From Candidatus Hydrogenedentota bacterium (lineage in GTDB: Bacteria > Hydrogenedentota > Hydrogenedentia > Hydrogenedentales > SLHB01), in contig JAWXCN010000090.1 in the NCBI GenBank assembly GCA_034408725.1, positions 1-11,224 of the forward strand: 11,224 nucleotides of DNA, given 5' to 3'. Below the pieces are notes generated by a model. It had not been told where the DNA came from. It searched no databases and saw only the letters and a program-made list of their open reading frames with translations. This document shows, piece by piece, positions 7,118 to 11,224 of the stretch (its first letter is position 1; the number at the start of each line of letters is the position of its first letter). Both the position numbers and the translations under genes were made by a program.

Positions 7118-8713
7118 TCAGTGGTCCGTACAGCCCGCGCCCAGGCGACCCTTCAACAATTCCGATTTCACGACGTAACTACCCTGCGTAACAATGAGGT
7201 CTCCTTCCGCAAGCCCCGCCAATACGACAACTTGACCATCGGTCTCCGCACCGAGTTCGACTGGGAGCGTTTCGTACAAATCGTCTTCCAGCTTGCGAAA
7301 GATAACCGGCCGCCCGTCGACGTCCTGTATCGCCGACTCCGGCACGCTGAGTCCGGCATTGGTCATAGCTCCACGAATCGTGACGCGGGCGAACAAGCCA
7401 TCCTTTAATATGCCCTGGGAATTCGCGAGGACGGCCCGCGCTTTGACCATGCGCGTCTGTGTGTCGATCGATGCGCCGATCCATTCGACCTCGCCGTCGA
7501 ACGAGAGACCGGGATAGGCGTCAAATCGTACGTCGATTGTTGTGCCGGTGGATACCACCGCAATTTGATTTTCGGGTATGGAAAACTCCATCCACATAGT
7601 CGAGAGATCGGCTATTTGAAACAGAGCATCTCCGGAGCGAACGGATTGACCGCGCGTCGCATTTCGCTCAACAATTGTGCCCGCGAATGGCGCTCGCACC
7701 GGGAGCGTAGGCGAGTCCGTTTTTTCACTTAGCAGCGCCGCCACTTCCTCTTTTGTAAGGCCAAGTGCGAGCAAGTGCTGGCGCCCTTCCTCAATCGCGC
7801 TTTGATACACGGCAACTTCAGCTTGCGCGGCTTCGACATCCTGACGCGGAGAAATCTTGCGCACATGCAAATCCTGTTCGCGCGCGAGCGTCTGGCTTGC
7901 CCGCCGGCCTTCCGCCTGCGCTTGCTGAATTTCGCGTCGTACGGTCGCGATCTCCGTAGATTGCATTGTGGTGAGAACCTCTCCCATCTCGACCCTTTGC
8001 CCGACGTCTTTGAGAACTTCGAGCACAACACCTTCGGCAAGCGGTGTAACGTCTGCGAACTGATTGCGGTTAAACGTCACCTGGCCGAGAAATTGTGCCG
8101 CCGGGGAACGCGCGGCGGAAATTGGAGAGCCGATCGCCACGCCGGCCTTGTTCGTCGATTCACCCGACGCAAAACGGACTTTTAGCCCTTTTCCGACAGG
8201 AAGGTTGGCCACTGCTTCCGGTCTGCAATTGCCGCATTCGGATTCCGGCAGTTGATGCTCCTTGCAGAACAACCCGGATGTTTGCACCGCCCCACCTTCG
8301 GTGGTTGCAGCTTGATTTGGTGTAGCAGTTGAACCGGCCTCTTTCTTGCCCTTCAACTCGGGATGGCAAATATAGCACTCATCTTCATAGACGCCATGCT
8401 CGTTACACCACAACCGGTTCGAATCGCGCGCTTCCGCGGACACAGGTTTCTTGTTCGCAATCTCTGGGTGACAAATAACACATTCATCTTCGTAGAGGCC
8501 GTGCTCGTTGCACCACAACCGGTTAGGGTCGCGATCTTTGGGGCTTATCGCCTGACCACTTTGTTGCGCGGGCGCACTCGCTTTACGTTCAGAACCTGGT
8601 GCCCGTTCATCAGGGACCGTGTTTTCACTGGAAGCACCACAACCAGACAATGCGATCGTCAAGAAGAATGCTGCTGCTAGGACATTCGTCAACTTGAAAA
8701 TCCTGGCTATCAT
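7118..8713 (-). CDS. czcB: RND efflux periplasmic adaptor (CzcB-like membrane fusion protein), lipoprotein with N-terminal Cys/His repeats
   Basis: Lipobox LSG|C. MFP motifs include VRAPFAGTIVER, LFQIADLSTMW, IDTQTRMVKAR, VPESAIQ and GLAEGDLIVTQGS. It lies 13 nt upstream of czcA, with AAGGAG RBS at 8721-8726. Confidence 0.9.
   Translation of the reverse strand: MIARIFKLTNVLAAAFFLTIALSGCGASSENTVPDERAPGSERKASAPAQQSGQAISPKDRDPNRLWCNEHGLYEDECVICHPEIANKKPVSAEARDSNRLWCNEHGVYEDECYICHPELKGKKEAGSTATPNQAATTEGGAVQTSGLFCKEHQLPESECGNCRPEAVANLPVGKGLKVRFASGESTNKAGVAIGSPISAARSPAAQFLGQVTFNRNQFADVTPLAEGVVLEVLKDVGQRVEMGEVLTTMQSTEIATVRREIQQAQAEGRRASQTLAREQDLHVRKISPRQDVEAAQAEVAVYQSAIEEGRQHLLALGLTKEEVAALLSEKTDSPTLPVRAPFAGTIVERNATRGQSVRSGDALFQIADLSTMWMEFSIPENQIAVVSTGTTIDVRFDAYPGLSFDGEVEWIGASIDTQTRMVKARAVLANSQGILKDGLFARVTIRGAMTNAGLSVPESAIQDVDGRPVIFRKLEDDLYETLPVELGAETDGQVVVLAGLAEGDLIVTQGSYVVKSELLKGRLGAGCTDH
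8216..8524 (-). repeat. Three intragenic C-x-E-H-x5-E-C-x2-C-(H/R)-P-E repeats
   Basis: NRLWCNEHGLYEDECVICHPE (8524-8462), NRLWCNEHGVYEDECYICHPE (8419-8357) and LFCKEHQLPESECGNCRPE (8272-8216). Confidence 0.9.
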
Positions 8714-8878
8714 CCGAAGTCTCCTTATCTGATGCAGTTCACCTCAGGATAGTCGTTTCGCGCGTTTGCATCAGCTCACAAGCCAAATAGAATTTTGCAA
8801 CTTCACCTTCTGAATACCAACAGGCAAAAGGCAGAACTAGGTGCGCGGGTTCAGACGTAATGAAGACGAGGGTTGGTC

Positions 8879-9292
8879 TCAGACTTGGATGACGACAAGT
8901 CCTCGTAAAGGACGGGTGGGTGATGGATCGCAGACTTTGTTTCGGAGCGCTTCGCCAGAGATGATCGGAGTTTGAATCGCTTGCTCATGAGACCAAGCGA
9001 TCATTGCTGGGGCAGACTGGACAAGAGTTCTACATTGCTGCGCTGTAAAAACCGCGAAGCCTTGAGAAAGCGCCGTAATGACACACTCGGAGCACCGAAC
9101 GGGCTCGATTTTTTTTGTGGGGACCGCGATATCCGATTGCATTTCTGACGAACAACACTCGATTGACTCGCACGGCACATCAATCGGGCCAACGGTCCCA
9201 GACTGACACACGATGCGAAAGTGCTCGCCGCCGGAAGAGGCCAGTGCGGCAATGAGTAACAGTGCAGACAACTGACTAAGCGTGATTTTCAT
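8879..9292 (-). CDS. Small exported Cys-rich hypothetical protein heading the czc operon
   Basis: Hydrophobic N-terminus (LSALLLIAALA), Cys motifs (VC, PC..IECC, CSEC) and a Pro-rich end. It resembles the small Cys-rich genes often found upstream of metal RND operons. The start is probably ATG 9292 rather than 9301, based on promoter geometry. Confidence 0.55.
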   Translation of the reverse strand: MKITLSQLSALLLIAALASSGGEHFRIVCQSGTVGPIDVPCESIECCSSEMQSDIAVPTKKIEPVRCSECVITALSQGFAVFTAQQCRTLVQSAPAMIAWSHEQAIQTPIISGEALRNKVCDPSPTRPLRGLVVIQV

Positions 9293-9299
9293 CAGGCGC

Positions 9300-9340
9300 A
9301 TACTACGCTACAAGCCAATTGCGAGTCAAAGATTTGACTC
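9300..9340 (-). promoter_or_regulatory. Sigma70-type promoter for the czc operon with an overlapping palindromic operator
   Basis: The minus strand reads TTGACT (9329-9324), 18 nt, TAGTAT (9305-9300), 7 nt, ATG 9292. A perfect inverted repeat GAGTCAAA-GA-TTTGACTC spans 9323-9340. Confidence 0.55.
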
Positions 9341-9499
9341 CGGCACGCTATGCATATCCGCCGCGATCGTGTCCGATGAACGGCGTCTGCTTCATGGCCG
9401 CGAGAATGGTCCGGGCCCCTTGTAGGACGAACGTTTGCGAAATTGGCAACAGAAAAGGTCGTGGCAGATGTTTGCGCATGGTTGAGGTAGAATCGGTGG

Positions 9500-10543
9500 G
9501 TGACGAAAGGTACGACACGCGAATTTCAGCGCATGATCAGCCGTGCTGTCGATGGACGGAGTGTGTTTGGGTGTTGTGTCAGGATGACGCGCGGGGACGG
9601 TTCGCAGGACTGGTCTGGAGCGGCCGGTGACCTGGACGTCGATACCCAGTACTTCATCGCCAGCACTACGAAACTCTACACCACAGCGATCATTCTCTCG
9701 CTTCAAAACGAAGGCGCACTGGCTTTAGACGAGCCCGTGTCGCGGTATCTGGACAGCGCGGCGGTGTCGGGGATTCACGTGTATCGCGGCGTTGACTATT
9801 CGCAGGCCATCACCATCGCCCAGCTACTGGCGCACACGTCGGGCCTTCCGGATTATTTTCAGCAGCGGGTCAACGGCAGGAGTCTGCTCGCGGCGCTTAC
9901 CAAGGGCGAGGATCAGCACTGGACCTTCGAGGATGTGGTGGAGAAAACACGCGCCATGCCGCCGAAATTCGCGCCGGGGACCAAAGGCAGGGCGCTTTAC
10001 GCGGACACCAACTATCAGATTTTGGGAAAGATCATTGAAACAATCTGTGGCAAGTCATTCAGCAGTGTATTGCACGAGCGCATTTTCGAGCCGCTGGGAT
10101 TGAACCAAACCTATCTGTTCACGGACGCAGATGACACAAGGCCACGAACGCTCTATTACAAGCACACACCGCTTCGCATTCCAGAGGCGATGGCGTCGTT
10201 TGGTCCGGACGGCGGTATCGTATCCACCGCGAATGAAACGTTGCGGTTTCTGCGCGCGTTCTTCACGGGGGAGTTATTTCCGGAGAACGCACTGGAACCG
10301 CTCAAGACGTACAACCGCATTTTCTTTCCTCTCGAGTACGGCATCGGTTTCATGCGCTTCAAATTGCCGTGGATATTTTCGCCGTTCCGGCCGTTGCCGG
10401 AGCTTTTGGGTCATTCCGGGCTATCGGGCGCGTTTGCATTCTACTGCCCGGAGAAAGACCTGTATGTCGCCGGAACGGTGAACCAGATTGCAAAGCCGCG
10501 GTTGCCATACCGTCTCATGATGAACATGGTGATGAAAGGATAG
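9500..10543 (+). CDS. Serine hydrolase, beta-lactamase / AmpC-PBP-like family
   Basis: SxxK (IASTTK), LLAHTSGLPDY, YADTNY (YxN position), GGIVST and GHSG triad; no signal peptide. The start is uncertain (GTG 9500 or ATG 9533). Confidence 0.9.
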   Translation: MTKGTTREFQRMISRAVDGRSVFGCCVRMTRGDGSQDWSGAAGDLDVDTQYFIASTTKLYTTAIILSLQNEGALALDEPVSRYLDSAAVSGIHVYRGVDYSQAITIAQLLAHTSGLPDYFQQRVNGRSLLAALTKGEDQHWTFEDVVEKTRAMPPKFAPGTKGRALYADTNYQILGKIIETICGKSFSSVLHERIFEPLGLNQTYLFTDADDTRPRTLYYKHTPLRIPEAMASFGPDGGIVSTANETLRFLRAFFTGELFPENALEPLKTYNRIFFPLEYGIGFMRFKLPWIFSPFRPLPELLGHSGLSGAFAFYCPEKDLYVAGTVNQIAKPRLPYRLMMNMVMKG

Positions 10544-10652
10544 CGGACGCGCCTGGCTACGCACTATGGAAATTCAAGTGAATATGGAATTCACGATCCA
10601 CATTCTGACTTATGCGGTCCCCGCCATCCATCCAAAGCAGTCCCGCCATACC

Positions 10653-11096
10653 CTAGCGGGCGGGCTCGTAACCCTCGACCTGTACGGACACGCGCGTTTT
10701 ACCCAGGTCTTTGCTAACCAGGATCACGGCCTTGGCCGGGCCTTTGGTATAAACCAACTCCTCAGCACCCCCGCCGCCCTGCGCCGGATCAGTTCCTTCG
10801 ATCCAGCCCTTTACCGGCATGCGATCCCGATAAAACGAAATAACTTTTGGGATATCGTCGTCCGTGACCCCGTTTACGACTAGCAACGGCCCTGAGTCAC
10901 TGACATAGTCCTGCACGAGCCCTTCATACACCGGAAAGTCTTCTGGAAACCCACCGGCCTTGGCAGCGGGCGGTGACGCTGCAGAAGGCGATGCTGTAGA
11001 CGGCGGCGCGCCGCACCCGATTGTTCCGCCGGTAATCACGACGGCAAACAGGAACAGGCTCACAAGATGCCGTGCTGGACGATGTATTCGTGCCAT
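10653..11096 (-). CDS. Hypothetical lipoprotein
   Basis: Basic N-region, hydrophobic core and TIG|C lipobox, then a Pro/Ala/Ser linker and a small domain (FPEDFPVYEG...VISFYRDRM...GW). GGAGGAG RBS at 11105-11111. Confidence 0.75.
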   Translation of the reverse strand: MARIHRPARHLVSLFLFAVVITGGTIGCGAPPSTASPSAASPPAAKAGGFPEDFPVYEGLVQDYVSDSGPLLVVNGVTDDDIPKVISFYRDRMPVKGWIEGTDPAQGGGGAEELVYTKGPAKAVILVSKDLGKTRVSVQVEGYEPAR

Positions 11097-11120
11097 TCGA
11101 TGAACTCCTCCATTCTAGTA

Positions 11121-11143
11121 AAATAGGGGACAGCCACCTATTT
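11121..11143 (+). repeat. REP-like stem-loop (copy 5) upstream of the second transposase
   Basis: AAATAGG-GGACAGCCA-CCTATTT, a 7-bp stem. Confidence 0.85.
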
Positions 11144-11144
11144 A

Positions 11145-11174
11145 TTGACTTTTCAGTACCGATTCCGGTACGCT
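11145..11174 (+). promoter_or_regulatory. Promoter of the second transposase (leaderless geometry) with an internal palindrome
   Basis: TTGACT (11145-11150), 18 nt, TACGCT (11169-11174), 7 nt, ATG 11182. A GTACCG-ATTC-CGGTAC palindrome spans 11156-11171. Confidence 0.55.
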
Positions 11175-11181
11175 ACCTCCC

Positions 11182-11224
11182 ATGCCACGGCACGCGCGCA
11201 TCGTCATACCCGGCCTATCCCACC
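11182..11224 (+). CDS. REP-associated tyrosine transposase (RAYT), N-terminus; runs off the window
   Basis: Translates as MPRHARIVIPGLSH(H..), matching the characteristic RAYT start MPRxARxVxPGxPHHVTQRGN. It is not in the ORF track, and only 14 codons are visible. Confidence 0.75.
   Translation, partial: MPRHARIVIPGLSH

Noticed and set aside
4109-8680. Numerous short ORFs overlapping czcA/czcB
   Set aside because: They are antisense or off-frame shadows of strongly supported genes in GC-rich DNA, with no recognisable motifs.
9500-10543. Calling the hydrolase a true beta-lactamase or resistance gene
   Set aside because: It has no signal peptide, and its YAD and HSG motifs fit the broad esterase/peptidase members of the family; substrate cannot be inferred.
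10565-10883. Short TATGGA(A)ATTCA duplication with weak hairpin, and ORF 10566..10883
   Set aside because: The repeat is too short to interpret, and the ORF is largely antisense to the lipoprotein gene.

Overview
Bacterial accessory region bracketed by two partial, co-oriented REP-associated tyrosine (Y1/HUH, RAYT-type) transposase genes: a 3' end at <1-263 and a previously uncalled 5' end at 11182->11224. Five copies of a short REP-like motif (consensus AATAGG-GGACAGCCA-CCTATT, a stem-loop in the intact copies) sit at the junctions between unrelated gene pieces. From left to right the pieces are: (i) a 5'-truncated RHS gene with a lectin-like insert and an M15/LAS-type zinc peptidase C-terminal toxin, followed by a secreted putative immunity protein; (ii) an isolated internal RHS/YD fragment; (iii) a ~7.5 kb block with a broken Rieske ferredoxin gene, a CzcBA-like heavy-metal RND operon with a Cys/His-repeat adaptor and no outer-membrane factor, a beta-lactamase-family serine hydrolase and a lipoprotein. 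The block is flanked by 71-nt direct repeats of the transposase left end. The main hypothesis, which is inference, is a RAYT/REP-driven system that cuts and reshuffles polymorphic-toxin cassettes. All calls come from reading the sequence by eye; no database searches were run.
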